Origin: an uncultured Desulfatitalea sp.
Lineage (GTDB): Bacteria > Desulfobacterota > Desulfobacteria > Desulfobacterales > Desulfosarcinaceae
NCBI GenBank assembly: GCA_963668675.2
Contig: CAXXMB010000002.1
Coordinates: forward strand, 128,001-192,000
Length of the DNA: 64,000 bases
Reading direction: 5' to 3'
Below the pieces are notes generated by a model. It saw nothing but the letters and a program-made list of their open reading frames with translations. It had not been told where the DNA came from and made no database searches. The translations under genes and the position numbers were made by a program. Each line of letters begins with the position of its first letter. The stretch's first letter is position 1. Below are positions 21,849 to 32,469 of the stretch, in pieces.

Positions 21849-23090
21849 TTACTTCCAATCATAAATGGTCAGATCCGGGCAGGGGTATTCGCCGATCACG
21901 TTCTGTTTGTTGTCATTCAACCGAATGAGTACGGCAGTATCCTGCCCGAAACGTTTCTTTGCAGTGAATGTCACCGCCGGCCGCAGCCCCATCATATCGT
22001 AGTCCTTAATCTTTTGCATGGCCTCATAGACGGCCTGGCCGTCGATTTTGTCCGGCCCGACAGTATGCGATGCGATGCGGATGGCTTCGCATGCAATCAG
22101 CGCCATACCCGCCGTCATCGCGTAGCCTTCGGGTGGGAAACCCATTTTGCCTCGATCGTTCTGGTTAAAAATTTCCAAGACCTGAGGGGCCCGTTCGGTC
22201 CATTCGTTGACGGGCCAGATGTTAGACACAATATATGTGTTTCGCGCCAACGGGCCGACCATATCCAGGAGAACTCCCGGTACGATGGCATAACAGAGGC
22301 CGACGTCGATCTGGTCAATCATACTCAGCTTTTCCATCTCCTTAAGGACCACCGCATACGCATTCTGGTACATCCCTCCGAAGGTGAAGTCGACCCCCTT
22401 TTCTTTCAAACGAAGCAGCTGCGCACTGACATCAGTGGGGACATAGGGGATAAATTCCTCACCTACGATTTCAACCCCCTTGGATTCTATGTAGGCTCTG
22501 GTCTTCGGTGTGATCGAAGCACGTCCATAAGCCACCTCCCAAGTCAGCCAGGCGAAACGCGGTTTTCGTTTGAGATTTTTCTTGGGCCAGATATTTTTCA
22601 GGTAGTAATCCACCCACAACCCCAGTTCGTTGACATAGGGAGAGGTCGGCGAAAAGGTCCACGACGGCAATTTGGTCAATTCGTCGTCGCTGCCCCCTTC
22701 GACATTGACTATTTCTTTCTTGATGTTCCATTTCTTTAACGCAAGGGCCACTCCGGTGGACTGCCCGACCATCGCTACGATTTTTTTATCACCACTGGCC
22801 ATTTGCTTGAAGGCGGTCATCGATTTTGCAGCGTCGGAACCGCCGTCTTTCCACACAGGCACCACTTCAACCCCATTAAAGTCCATGTATTTGTTAGCAA
22901 GTTCAACGCCATCTAAAAAGCCCGGATTGTTGGCGACCTGTGTGCCGCCGTATGGACCGGTAATATGGACCAGATGACCAACGTACACTTTCTTTTTATC
23001 GGCATGCCCCACCCCCCACACGCCCAAGATGAAAAACAATATCGACAACAATACACAAGCCCTTTTGCCTATTTTTCTTTCCCCGTTCAT
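21849..23090 (-). CDS. ABC transporter substrate-binding protein (LivJ/K-like)
   Basis: Signal peptide, TGPYG, type I periplasmic binding fold features, inside the ABC operon. Confidence 0.88.
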   Translation of the reverse strand: MNGERKIGKRACVLLSILFFILGVWGVGHADKKKVYVGHLVHITGPYGGTQVANNPGFLDGVELANKYMDFNGVEVVPVWKDGGSDAAKSMTAFKQMASGDKKIVAMVGQSTGVALALKKWNIKKEIVNVEGGSDDELTKLPSWTFSPTSPYVNELGLWVDYYLKNIWPKKNLKRKPRFAWLTWEVAYGRASITPKTRAYIESKGVEIVGEEFIPYVPTDVSAQLLRLKEKGVDFTFGGMYQNAYAVVLKEMEKLSMIDQIDVGLCYAIVPGVLLDMVGPLARNTYIVSNIWPVNEWTERAPQVLEIFNQNDRGKMGFPPEGYAMTAGMALIACEAIRIASHTVGPDKIDGQAVYEAMQKIKDYDMMGLRPAVTFTAKKRFGQDTAVLIRLNDNKQNVIGEYPCPDLTIYDWK

Positions 23091-23169
23091 TGAACCCTCC
23101 TTTTTTAATTCGTGCCGGCAGTATGAATCACCGAGCGCCTGACTGAAAACAAAACACACACCCCATTTT

Positions 23170-23964
23170 CTACCCCAACCAACGTTTGCGACGTTTGTAA
23201 TGCTTCACATCGCGATAATTTTTTTTCTTACCCACGCCTGAAAGGCCTAAATAGAATTCGCGTATATCCTCGTTTGCTTTAATTTTCTCGGCGGTACCGT
23301 CCAGGACGATACGCCCGTTCTCCATAACGTAGGCATAGTCGGAAACCGACAGCGCAATATTGGCGTTTTGCTCGACCAGCAGGATGGATAGATTTTCTTC
23401 CTGGTTGATCGCTTTGATGATTTCAAAAATTTCATTGACCATCAATGGTGCCAGCCCCAGAGAAGGCTCATCTAGCATGATCAATCGTGGCCGTGCCATG
23501 AGGCTTCTGCCGATGACCAGCATCTGCTGCTCGCCTCCGGACAGATAACCGCTGACGGCCTTACGTTTCTCATTCAAGCGAGGGAAATATTCATAAATCT
23601 GTTTGATGCGTCTTTTGACATCCATGTGGTCTTTATTAAGATAGCCTCCCAGGAGGAGGTTCTCCTCCACATCCAGGTGTTCATAAAGCCGACGTCCTTC
23701 AATCACCTGTCGGATACCTTTGCCGGCAATGTCTTCAGGCCCTTTATTGTCGATACGTTGACCGTCGTAATCGATCCGGCCATGGGTGACTTCACCCAGC
23801 TCACACCCCAGAATCCCTGAAATCGCCTTCAGTGTAGTGCTCTTTCCGGCCCCGTTCGCTCCAAGCAGGCTGACGATTTGTCCGCTCGGCACTGTCATGC
23901 TGACGCCACGAAGAACGAGAATGACTTTGGAATAGATGACTTCGATATTGTTGACTTCCAGCAT
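23170..23964 (-). CDS. ABC transporter ATP-binding protein (LivF-like)
   Basis: GANGAGKST, LSGGEQQM, LDEPSLGLAP. Confidence 0.95.
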   Translation of the reverse strand: MLEVNNIEVIYSKVILVLRGVSMTVPSGQIVSLLGANGAGKSTTLKAISGILGCELGEVTHGRIDYDGQRIDNKGPEDIAGKGIRQVIEGRRLYEHLDVEENLLLGGYLNKDHMDVKRRIKQIYEYFPRLNEKRKAVSGYLSGGEQQMLVIGRSLMARPRLIMLDEPSLGLAPLMVNEIFEIIKAINQEENLSILLVEQNANIALSVSDYAYVMENGRIVLDGTAEKIKANEDIREFYLGLSGVGKKKNYRDVKHYKRRKRWLG

Positions 23965-23985
23965 TGTTGCGTTCTCCCTGAATCA

Positions 23986-25047
23986 TTAGTAAGGAAACGG
24001 CCATAGACGGAATGTGGACAGCGTCACCTGCCAACGGTGAAAGAGACCGCGGGGTTCGAAAACCAGAAAAAACAGAATGATGATACCAAAGAAAATCTGG
24101 ACGAACCCGGCGACGGCAGAACCCGCCAGAGCCGGAAAAATCCCGCCCAGCCACGGGGCCATGAAAAGCACGATCTGGTGAAGAAGTTTGAGGAAGAAAA
24201 CTCCCATGATAGCTCCGGTAATGGACGCACCGCCAATGATCAGCATGCCCAACATCCATATAGAGTCCATCAGTGTAAATTGCTCTACCGTAATGATGCC
24301 CTGGTAGTGGGCCAGCAATGATCCCGCTATGCCGGCATACAGCGATGAAAGGAAAAACGCCAACACTTTGGTGCGAAACACATTGATCCCCATGAAAGCG
24401 GCCGCCAAATCGTTGTCGCGCACGGCAAGGAATGATCGGCCGGTTCGGGTGCGCATAAGGTTGGTGGTCATAAATACAGCCAGTGCAGCCATGCCCATGG
24501 ACAAGTAATAGAACTTGAACTCATTATCCAAAACAAAACCGAAAAGGGAGATTTCATTGGCCGGCAAGCCTGAGATTCCCCGGGTGACACCACCGCCATG
24601 CAGGATGCCCCACATGATGATGAAATGCGCCGCCAGCGTGGTTACGGCAATATAAAACCCCCTTATCTTGAGCGCCGGGATTGCAACCACGATGCCGAGC
24701 ACCCCCGCGGTCAGCGCCGCACACGGCATTGTCATCCAGAAAGACCAGTCCAAATGGTAGGACAATACGGCACTCGTGTAGGCGCCGGCCGCCATGAAGG
24801 CCGCATGTCCCATACTGATCTGGCCGGCAAAGCCCACAATGATTTGCAGTCCCAGCACGGCAATGATGAAGATGGCGAGGTTGATGGCCACATCAAGCAG
24901 GTAGTTGCCCGCCAGCATGGGAAATACGGCGAAAATAAATATCATAAGGGCGATCAAAAGGATCCAGCGGTATCCGGTCCGCACCAAGGCGCTGTCCTGT
25001 TGGTAGGTTTCATCAAATGTGCCACAGGGTCTTTTTAACATGGTCAC
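23986..25047 (-). CDS. ABC transporter permease (LivM-like)
   Basis: GQISMGHAAF, GRSFLAVRDN, multi-TM. Confidence 0.94.
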   Translation of the reverse strand: MTMLKRPCGTFDETYQQDSALVRTGYRWILLIALMIFIFAVFPMLAGNYLLDVAINLAIFIIAVLGLQIIVGFAGQISMGHAAFMAAGAYTSAVLSYHLDWSFWMTMPCAALTAGVLGIVVAIPALKIRGFYIAVTTLAAHFIIMWGILHGGGVTRGISGLPANEISLFGFVLDNEFKFYYLSMGMAALAVFMTTNLMRTRTGRSFLAVRDNDLAAAFMGINVFRTKVLAFFLSSLYAGIAGSLLAHYQGIITVEQFTLMDSIWMLGMLIIGGASITGAIMGVFFLKLLHQIVLFMAPWLGGIFPALAGSAVAGFVQIFFGIIILFFLVFEPRGLFHRWQVTLSTFRLWPFPY

Positions 25048-25931
25048 ACCCTCTCTATGCGTGTGTAGCCAAACAGGCCGTAAGGTTTGAACACCAGCGT
25101 CACGAGGAGTACAATGTATGGCGCCACCTCAGAAAAACCGCCGCCGACATATGGATCAAGATAGGCGCTGCCAAACGCCTCCGCCAATCCGATAATCAAA
25201 CCACCGGTCAGCGCTCCCAGGATCGATTCCATCCCCCCCAGAATGACGACCGCCAGAGCCTTCATGCCCAGCCCATTCAAGGACTGGAAACTAACGCCAT
25301 ATAGAGAACTCATCAGTATACCGCCGACCGCCGCGACCAGAATCGCAACGAACCATGAGACGACAAAGATGAAATTGACGCGAATGCCTTCACTCTGGGC
25401 CAGGGTATGATCTTCCGCCGTGCCTCGCATGGCCAATCCAATTCTCGTTTTCTGGAAGAAAAGCACAAACACTAAAAAACAGGCAACGCAGACCGTGAAA
25501 TTGAGAATGGATTCCGATGAGAGCACCACCGGTCCCAAGTGTATGCGTGTCGCGGACACAATGTCAGGCAGCAGCCGGCCTGGCCCGGGCCAGAAGAGCA
25601 CGGCCGCACCGCTGAACAATTCTCCAAGGGCGATGGTCGCCATAACGGCGGCCATGAGTGGCTGGCCCGTCAGTGGTTGCAACACCAGACGCTGGATGAG
25701 AAATGCGAGCATGCCGATGCAAACCGTCAAAACCGGCAATGCAAGCCAGAAAGGAATTTTCCATGCGACGATCAACTGCCAGAACAGAAAGGCCGACAAC
25801 GCCACGAGAGGACCATGGGCGAAATTGAAAATGGAGGAAGATTTGTAGATAATGACAATGGCCAGGGCCATGAGTGCATACACCCCCCCAGTTAAAATGC
25901 CATTGATGAGCATTTGTGTGAAGAAAGCCAT
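25044..25931 (-). CDS. ABC transporter permease (LivH-like)
   Basis: YALMAL..NFAHG, GLAMRG, VILGG, KPYGLFG. Confidence 0.94.
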   Translation of the reverse strand: MAFFTQMLINGILTGGVYALMALAIVIIYKSSSIFNFAHGPLVALSAFLFWQLIVAWKIPFWLALPVLTVCIGMLAFLIQRLVLQPLTGQPLMAAVMATIALGELFSGAAVLFWPGPGRLLPDIVSATRIHLGPVVLSSESILNFTVCVACFLVFVLFFQKTRIGLAMRGTAEDHTLAQSEGIRVNFIFVVSWFVAILVAAVGGILMSSLYGVSFQSLNGLGMKALAVVILGGMESILGALTGGLIIGLAEAFGSAYLDPYVGGGFSEVAPYIVLLVTLVFKPYGLFGYTRIERV

Positions 25932-25933
25932 GA

Positions 25934-27925
25934 TTACTCTCCTGAATGGGTGGTTTTGATCTTCAGTTCCGTTTTCACCGTACCCGTGCGACCGTCGCGG
26001 TACTTCACCTCGGCTTTGATACCGATTTGATCGAGGCCGCCGAAAGCCGCCTCTATCAATTCGCTGTATCGCTGCTCAAGAAAAGCACGTCGAAGTTTGC
26101 GCGTCTTGGTCAACTCCCCCTCGTCCGCATCGAACTCTTTGTGCAGCAAAGTGAACCGGCTGACGCGGGCGCTATGCGGTAGGGTCGCATTCACTCGCAT
26201 CACGTCTTTTTCAACGAGGTCGTACACCTGTGGCCGCTGGCTGAGATCAACGAAGGTGGTATAAGTAATGTGGTTCTTTTCGGCCCACTTGCCCACATTA
26301 TCGAAGTCGATGGTAATGAGCGCGAAGATAAACGGTCGCTCGCTGCCGCCGACGACCAGCACTTCCTTGATATAGGGACTGAATTTGAGGCGGTTTTGAA
26401 TGTAACTTGGCGAATAACGAGAGCCGTCTTTCAGGGATAGCATCTCTTTCATACGGTCGTAGACAATCAGGTGCCCGTCTTCGTCGACAATACCGGCATC
26501 TCCGGTTCGAATCCAGCCGTCCAGTAACATCTCACGGGTTGCCTCGGGCTTTTTATAGTAGCCTGAGAAATGGACGTCGGCACGCAGCAGAATTTCGCCG
26601 GTATCGGTAATTTTAACCTCCACTCCCGGGACGGGAACGCCGCTGGTACCCGGCTTGATCGCTTCCCGGTGGGTGACAGCCGGGTTGATTTCCGTCAAAC
26701 CATAGGCATCCCGTATTTTAACCCCGATGGCTTTGTACCATCTGATCACATCCGGCCCCAAGGCCGACCCGCCTGTCAGGGCATAACGCAGCTTGCTCAA
26801 GCCGAGATAGTCTCGAATGTGTCTCAGGATCAGGGAGTTTGCCAAAAAATAGAGCAGCCGAAGCAATATTGGCGGGCGTTTTCCAATGGATTGCTCATAA
26901 TCAGAGTACTTGTACCCGATAGGCACAGAGAGGTTGTAGAGCATCCTGCGGATAGGACCGGTATCCATCATCTTCATCTGCACCTGGGAAAGAATGCCTT
27001 GCCACTGCATAGGGCTCAACAAGCAGGTGCGGGCTCCGATTTCACGCAGGTTTTCCATTACCGTCTCCGGCTCTTCGGGAAAATTCACATGGGTCTGGTA
27101 GACCACCCACCCGGCGATCATCAGCTGTTCGGAAATCCACGCCGGTGGCACATATGAGAGGTAGTTGTCTTTCGGCGCCGGCGGGGCGACAGCTCCCCAT
27201 CGGATGCTGCCCTTGAGCAGATACTCATGACTTAACATGGCGCCTTTGGGAAGACCGGTTGTCCCGGAAGTATAACAAATGACGGCAATATCAGTACTGG
27301 TTCCGGCCTCCACGGTTTTATCGAAAAAACCGGGGTGTTCCGTTTCAAACTGCTTTCCGAGTTCGATCAGATCTTCGTTCTCCATTAGCCAGGGATCATC
27401 CTTGTATCGCACCATGCCCTGGGTATCCCAGTAGATGATCTTTCGAACCTTTTCTATACGTGACTTGATTTCCAGAAATTTGTCGGTCTGCTCCTGGTCC
27501 TTGGAAAAAATGAAGACGCTGTCCGAGTCGCAGACCAGGTATTCCAGATCGGACGGCATGGCATCGATGTACAGCCCGACAACCGCCGCCCCCATAGCTT
27601 GCACCGCGATTTCGGCCCAATACCATTCAGGGTCGTTGTCGCCGATGATGCACACCTTGTCGCCTCGCTGAAGGCCCAGGTGGCAAAGCCCGAGGCTCAT
27701 GTACCTAATTTTTTCAAATACCTGAGCGTTGGATAAACTGTTCCAGATGCCGTAATGTTTTTTACGCATACACAGCCCATCCGGATTGATTTCGCATGTT
27801 TTTTTGAATGTTTTGGGGAGTGTTTCCTGAACGTTTTCAACGCAACGCCGGTAATAATCGGGATCATGCCCGGAGACCGCAAAGGCCGGCAGGCACTCCT
27901 TAAGGAGTGCGCGGGTATCAATCAT
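25934..27925 (-). CDS. Long-chain fatty acid-CoA ligase embedded in the ABC operon
   Basis: YTSGTTGLPKG, YGLTE, TGDAG, LKFSPYIKE, ELTKTRKLRR. Confidence 0.95.
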   Translation of the reverse strand: MIDTRALLKECLPAFAVSGHDPDYYRRCVENVQETLPKTFKKTCEINPDGLCMRKKHYGIWNSLSNAQVFEKIRYMSLGLCHLGLQRGDKVCIIGDNDPEWYWAEIAVQAMGAAVVGLYIDAMPSDLEYLVCDSDSVFIFSKDQEQTDKFLEIKSRIEKVRKIIYWDTQGMVRYKDDPWLMENEDLIELGKQFETEHPGFFDKTVEAGTSTDIAVICYTSGTTGLPKGAMLSHEYLLKGSIRWGAVAPPAPKDNYLSYVPPAWISEQLMIAGWVVYQTHVNFPEEPETVMENLREIGARTCLLSPMQWQGILSQVQMKMMDTGPIRRMLYNLSVPIGYKYSDYEQSIGKRPPILLRLLYFLANSLILRHIRDYLGLSKLRYALTGGSALGPDVIRWYKAIGVKIRDAYGLTEINPAVTHREAIKPGTSGVPVPGVEVKITDTGEILLRADVHFSGYYKKPEATREMLLDGWIRTGDAGIVDEDGHLIVYDRMKEMLSLKDGSRYSPSYIQNRLKFSPYIKEVLVVGGSERPFIFALITIDFDNVGKWAEKNHITYTTFVDLSQRPQVYDLVEKDVMRVNATLPHSARVSRFTLLHKEFDADEGELTKTRKLRRAFLEQRYSELIEAAFGGLDQIGIKAEVKYRDGRTGTVKTELKIKTTHSGE

Positions 27926-28770
27926 GACAGACGAGCCTCCTTTAATTTTTCTTTTGCTTTCGAAGGTGCATCAGCCTTTGCCCCGCTGCCCGTGCCAAGA
28001 TACGCGGCCAGCACGGAGGGATCTTTGCTGATTTGATCGGGTGTTCCGTCGGCAATTTTTTTCCCGAAATCCAACACGACGATGTGATCGGCGATGTCCA
28101 TCACCACGCCCATGTCATGCTCAACAAGAATCATGGTGGTCTGACGCTCATCGGACACATCCAGGATAAAACGTGCCATATCCTCTTTTTCCTCCAGATT
28201 CATACCTGCCATGGGTTCGTCGAGAAGGAGCAATTCGGGTTCCATTGCCAGCGCCCTGCCGAAATCCACCCGTTTGCGCAATCCGTATGACAATTCACCC
28301 ACATACGATTTACGAATATGCTCGATTTCCAGAAAATCGATTATCTCTTCCACCTTTTTGCGGTTGGCCATTTCTTCCTTTTTGGCCTTCGACCAGAAGT
28401 AAAGATAGGAGGCCAGCGTTCCGTGGGTAAAACGAAGGTGCATTCCGGTCATAAGATTGTCGAGCGTCGTCATGCCGGCGTAGGTTTGAATCCCCTGGAA
28501 AACCCGCCCGATTCCAAGCTTCGCGATATCGTGGGTCGCCATACCCAACAACTCACGGCCTTTGAAGTGGATCGACCCACCCGATTCTGCTTGATAGAAA
28601 CCGTTTATGCAGTTGAGAAGACATGTTTTGCCGGCCCCGTTGGGGCCGATAATGGCCATGATTTCACCCTCACGGACCTTGAAGTCAACGCCTGACAGGG
28701 AGTCCACCCCTCCGAAGCGCAAACTTATATTGGATGCTTTGAGAAGCACCTTCTTTTCCTTGGCCAGCAT
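27922..28770 (-). CDS. ABC transporter ATP-binding protein (LivG-like)
   Basis: GPNGAGKT, LDEPMAGMN, VEHDMGVV. Confidence 0.95.
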   Translation of the reverse strand: MLAKEKKVLLKASNISLRFGGVDSLSGVDFKVREGEIMAIIGPNGAGKTCLLNCINGFYQAESGGSIHFKGRELLGMATHDIAKLGIGRVFQGIQTYAGMTTLDNLMTGMHLRFTHGTLASYLYFWSKAKKEEMANRKKVEEIIDFLEIEHIRKSYVGELSYGLRKRVDFGRALAMEPELLLLDEPMAGMNLEEKEDMARFILDVSDERQTTMILVEHDMGVVMDIADHIVVLDFGKKIADGTPDQISKDPSVLAAYLGTGSGAKADAPSKAKEKLKEARLS

Positions 28771-28947
28771 ATTGAAGTTACCCCCGTTTAAATGCCAACA
28801 ATGAAACTTTAATCAATGAATGAAAGTCGGTTTTACCTGTCTGCGTCCCCTAACAACCTTCCATCTGCTAATCGAAGCCTCAATAGAATTTGTCTGTTTT
28901 CGAAACGCTTTAGCCGTTGCCCGCAACTCCGTTCATCCTGACTGTCC

Positions 28948-29703
28948 TTACTCTTTTTTGGTGCGGGTCGGTTTTTTCAAAACCCGTCCTGATTTAACGG
29001 ATGTTATGGTCTGCTTATAATCTTTCCCGGCTGGCGGTCCGTTTTGTGGCTCGACATTGACACTCACCTGAATTCTTCCCTGGTTCGAACGGGCGTCGAT
29101 GCCGCCCATGACCAGGTCAACTACTTCATCGACATAGTCGAGAAGATTTTCGTCGGTCCGGTTCATGAGCTTTCGAGTGGTCAGATGTTCGATCGTGCCC
29201 AGGATCATCGAGCGGATGATATAGGGGCTAAAACCGGAACGGATCTCACCAGTCGCGATGCCCTCCTTGACAACCTCGATCAACGGCCGCAACCGTTTGC
29301 GCAATACCCGATAAGCCTCAGTTTCCATGAAACGGCTGTTCTGCCTGAGGATAAGATAGCTGACGGCTGCATAGTTGGGGTTGGTCTGGTGGATCCACAA
29401 CAGGAGATATATGATGACCCTAAGCTTGTTGACCGTGCCTTTGGCCATCGCCATATGAAAATCAATCAACTCACCCAACTTCCGGGATGTTTCAAGCGGT
29501 ATGGTAAATAAGATCTCTTCTTTGGAGGAAAAATACTCGTAGAGGGTCGGTTCCGTTACACCTGCGCGCTTGGCAATCTCAGCCATTGTGGCCGGGTGGA
29601 ACCCTTTTTGGGCAAAGACGTGTTCCGCGGCGCTGAGAATCTGTTCGCTTCGAGGCCCGGTTTTTCTTGCTTTGGCCAAAAGCACGCTCCTTTGCACCGT
29701 CAT
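28948..29703 (-). CDS. TetR/AcrR family transcriptional regulator
   Basis: ILSAAEHVFAQKGF..IAKRAGV..TLYEYFSSKEEIL helix-turn-helix. Confidence 0.95.
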   Translation of the reverse strand: MTVQRSVLLAKARKTGPRSEQILSAAEHVFAQKGFHPATMAEIAKRAGVTEPTLYEYFSSKEEILFTIPLETSRKLGELIDFHMAMAKGTVNKLRVIIYLLLWIHQTNPNYAAVSYLILRQNSRFMETEAYRVLRKRLRPLIEVVKEGIATGEIRSGFSPYIIRSMILGTIEHLTTRKLMNRTDENLLDYVDEVVDLVMGGIDARSNQGRIQVSVNVEPQNGPPAGKDYKQTITSVKSGRVLKKPTRTKKE

Positions 29704-29993
29704 GGGTTTAATTGTGTGCTATCGATGACTCACTTTAAATGGTGCCGCCCATTTGTTCGCTATTTCAGAACAGAGGTAAATAATGTGGAACTTTCTGGCA
29801 GTAATAACATTTTGATAAAGTAAATTCTCGGGTAAGTCAATAATCATTTAGCGCTGTTTAAATAATGAATGCCATATTTTATTCATATTAAGATTATATG
29901 AGATAATACTTAGAACCAATCAAAAATCATCCATCTTGAAAAAGTGGGAAAGCACTGCTAATCAGGGGTAGACCATTTATAAGGAGATCGATC

Positions 29994-31445
29994 GTGAGCG
30001 ACATTGCATTTTGTTCAGCCGTAGATTTGGCCCGGATGATCCACGAAGGCAAAATTTCGAGCCGCGAACTCCTCGACCTTTATTTGGAGCGTATCGACAC
30101 TTACAACCCCCAGATCAACGCTGTCGTCACGATGGACGCGGAGGCAGCCCGAATTCAAGCCATAAAAGCCGACGAGATGGCAGCAAAAGGACAATTCATG
30201 GGACCGCTGCACGGCGTACCGGTTACGATCAAGGATGGATTCGAAACCGTCGGCATGCGCACCACATCAGGCGCACCGATCTTCGAGAACCATATCCCGG
30301 AAACCAATGCCGATGCTGTCCAGCGCTATGTGGATGCCGGAGCCGTGGTTATGGGCAAAACCAACGTTCCAAAATTCTGCGCCGACTCCCAGAGTTTCAA
30401 TGAAATCTTCGGCACGACCAACAACCCGTGGGATCTCAGCCGCACGCCTGGGGGCTCCTCGGGCGGTGCGGTGGCAGCGCTGGCTGCCGGTCTGTGCGGA
30501 CTTGAGATAGGCAGTGATATCGGCGGATCAATTCGAATTCCGGCCTCCTGGGCCGGTGTTTACGGCCACAAGCCGACCTACGGCGTCGTTTCTTTTCGCG
30601 GCCATGTCCCGCCCCCACCGGGCATTCTGTCCCTGGCGGACCTCTCCGTCGCCGGCCCGCTCGCACGCAGCGCTGCCGACCTGGAACTGGCCATGTCGCT
30701 GTTGGCCGGCCCTGGTAAATGGGATAGCACCGCCTACCGGCTGTCACTTCCCGAGCCGAGATCCAAATCGCTGAAGGAGTATCGCATCGCCGCGTGGTTG
30801 GATGACGAAACCATGCCGGTTGACGATTCGGTCAAGCACTGTCTTACCGAGATGGTGGCGGCACTGCGATCGGCCGGTGCTACGGTCGACGAAACGGCGC
30901 GGCCTGAAATCGATCCGGAAAAAGCCTTTCGCACTTACATGCGTCTGCTTACGCCTGTAATTGCCACTGGATTGCCGTCCGAACTCTTCAATATGCTCAA
31001 GCAGGTGGCCCAAAGCGAAGGAGAGGAGACGGAATTGGTCCGGTTCGCTCGCGACGCCACCCAGATGCACCGCGAGTGGCTTGCGGCAAACGCCAAACGC
31101 CATTTGCATCGTAAACGCTGGGCCGACTTTTTTAAAAATTACGACGTGCTGCTCTGCCCGACAGCCAGCCTGCCTGCCATCCCCCACGACCAGACCGGCG
31201 AACCCATCGAACGAACCGTTACCGTGAACGGCAAAAGCGAACCCTACGGTATTCTGCTCCGATGGGCCGGCATCATCACCTATGTCTACCTGCCGGCCAC
31301 CAGCGCACCCATCGGCCGGACGGAAGGCGGATTGCCGGTGGGAGTGCAAATCGTGGGACCATACCTGGAGGACTGCACCCCCATCCACTTCGCCCAAATG
31401 CTGTCCGAGATCGTCGGAGGATTTGCGGCGCCGGAGGGTTATTGA
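29994..31445 (+). CDS. Amidase (amidase signature family)
   Basis: PLHGVPVTIKD, PGGSSGG, GSDIGGSIRIPA; AAGGAG RBS. Confidence 0.96.
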   Translation: MSDIAFCSAVDLARMIHEGKISSRELLDLYLERIDTYNPQINAVVTMDAEAARIQAIKADEMAAKGQFMGPLHGVPVTIKDGFETVGMRTTSGAPIFENHIPETNADAVQRYVDAGAVVMGKTNVPKFCADSQSFNEIFGTTNNPWDLSRTPGGSSGGAVAALAAGLCGLEIGSDIGGSIRIPASWAGVYGHKPTYGVVSFRGHVPPPPGILSLADLSVAGPLARSAADLELAMSLLAGPGKWDSTAYRLSLPEPRSKSLKEYRIAAWLDDETMPVDDSVKHCLTEMVAALRSAGATVDETARPEIDPEKAFRTYMRLLTPVIATGLPSELFNMLKQVAQSEGEETELVRFARDATQMHREWLAANAKRHLHRKRWADFFKNYDVLLCPTASLPAIPHDQTGEPIERTVTVNGKSEPYGILLRWAGIITYVYLPATSAPIGRTEGGLPVGVQIVGPYLEDCTPIHFAQMLSEIVGGFAAPEGY

Positions 31446-31470
31446 TCTCAAAAACAGGACGAGTGACCAT

Positions 31471-31941
31471 ATGAACCCCAAGCTGTTTCGCTTCCTGCTC
31501 AACGTCTACCCGCCCTACCTGGGTACAGGCATCGTCATCAAACACGTGGCCGACGACTACACCCGCATGTCGGTGCAGATGAAGTCCCGTTTCTACAACC
31601 GCAACTACGTGGGAACCCACTTCGGCGGTTCGCTCTACGCCATGACCGACCCCTTCTACATGCTGATGCTGATTCAGGTCCTCGGACCCGACTACATCGT
31701 GTGGGACAAATCCGCATCGATCAAATTCGTCAAGCCTGGAAGGGGAACCGTGACCGCTGATTTTCATGTCAAGGAAGAGTTGATTAAGAAAATCAAAAAC
31801 AAAACAGCCGAAGGCCAGGTCTATCTCCCGGAGCTCATGGTTCCGATCCGCGACAAGGACAACGAGATCGTGGCCATGGTTGTCAAGACCCTCTATATTC
31901 GCAGAAAAAACAAATTGCAAAAAGAGCAGACAGATCACTAA
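31471..31941 (+). CDS. Hotdog-fold protein (DUF4442/YiiD-like)
   Basis: YPPYLGTGI, NRNYVGTHFGGSLYAMTDPF, WDKSASIKF. Confidence 0.88.
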   Translation: MNPKLFRFLLNVYPPYLGTGIVIKHVADDYTRMSVQMKSRFYNRNYVGTHFGGSLYAMTDPFYMLMLIQVLGPDYIVWDKSASIKFVKPGRGTVTADFHVKEELIKKIKNKTAEGQVYLPELMVPIRDKDNEIVAMVVKTLYIRRKNKLQKEQTDH

Positions 31942-32100
31942 AACCGACCGGTAGGATTTTAGTGTGATTCAATACTTCCGGACACTGAGTTAAGTGTATA
32001 TTTCAACTGGGCCGAAAATCTCCAGTTTGGAAATAGAGTTCCCTTATCGCCAGGGAGATTCTTTCATCTTCTTATAGAAGTTACCTGTGAGTCTTTTTGT

Positions 32101-32130
32101 TTGACTCGAATCCACCTATCTGCCTATAAT
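32101..32130 (+). promoter_or_regulatory. Sigma-70 type promoter
   Basis: TTGACT-18 nt-TATAAT upstream of the lipoprotein gene. Confidence 0.55.
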
Positions 32131-32469
32131 TCCGGCATATTAAAAATAAAGCGTGCTACGGGTGATTAATTTTAGACGTTCCATGGCTTTCGATCAACGA
32201 ACCAACTCTCCAGCGCTCATAAGAAAGGATTGAGGTCCTGGCCCTTGGGTAAGTATGGATTTGCTTTCGCGGATTGGACGAGGACGTGGATGCCCTGACC
32301 TATTTAGCTGCGACACTGAAAGAACATATACATATCAAGCCTCCCTTTTACGAATCCCTCCAAAAACCGTCACATTGTATCAATAGCATTCTGGGTTTAC
32401 CAGCCCTTCAAACAATCTCTTTTCATATGTTTGGGGTCCCCATGATCATTCGAATAGAAAGGTGCAAAA

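Noticed and set aside
32170..32460. Possible gene remnant or small ORF (32274-32528) before the lipoprotein
   Set aside because: No recognisable family signal in any frame.
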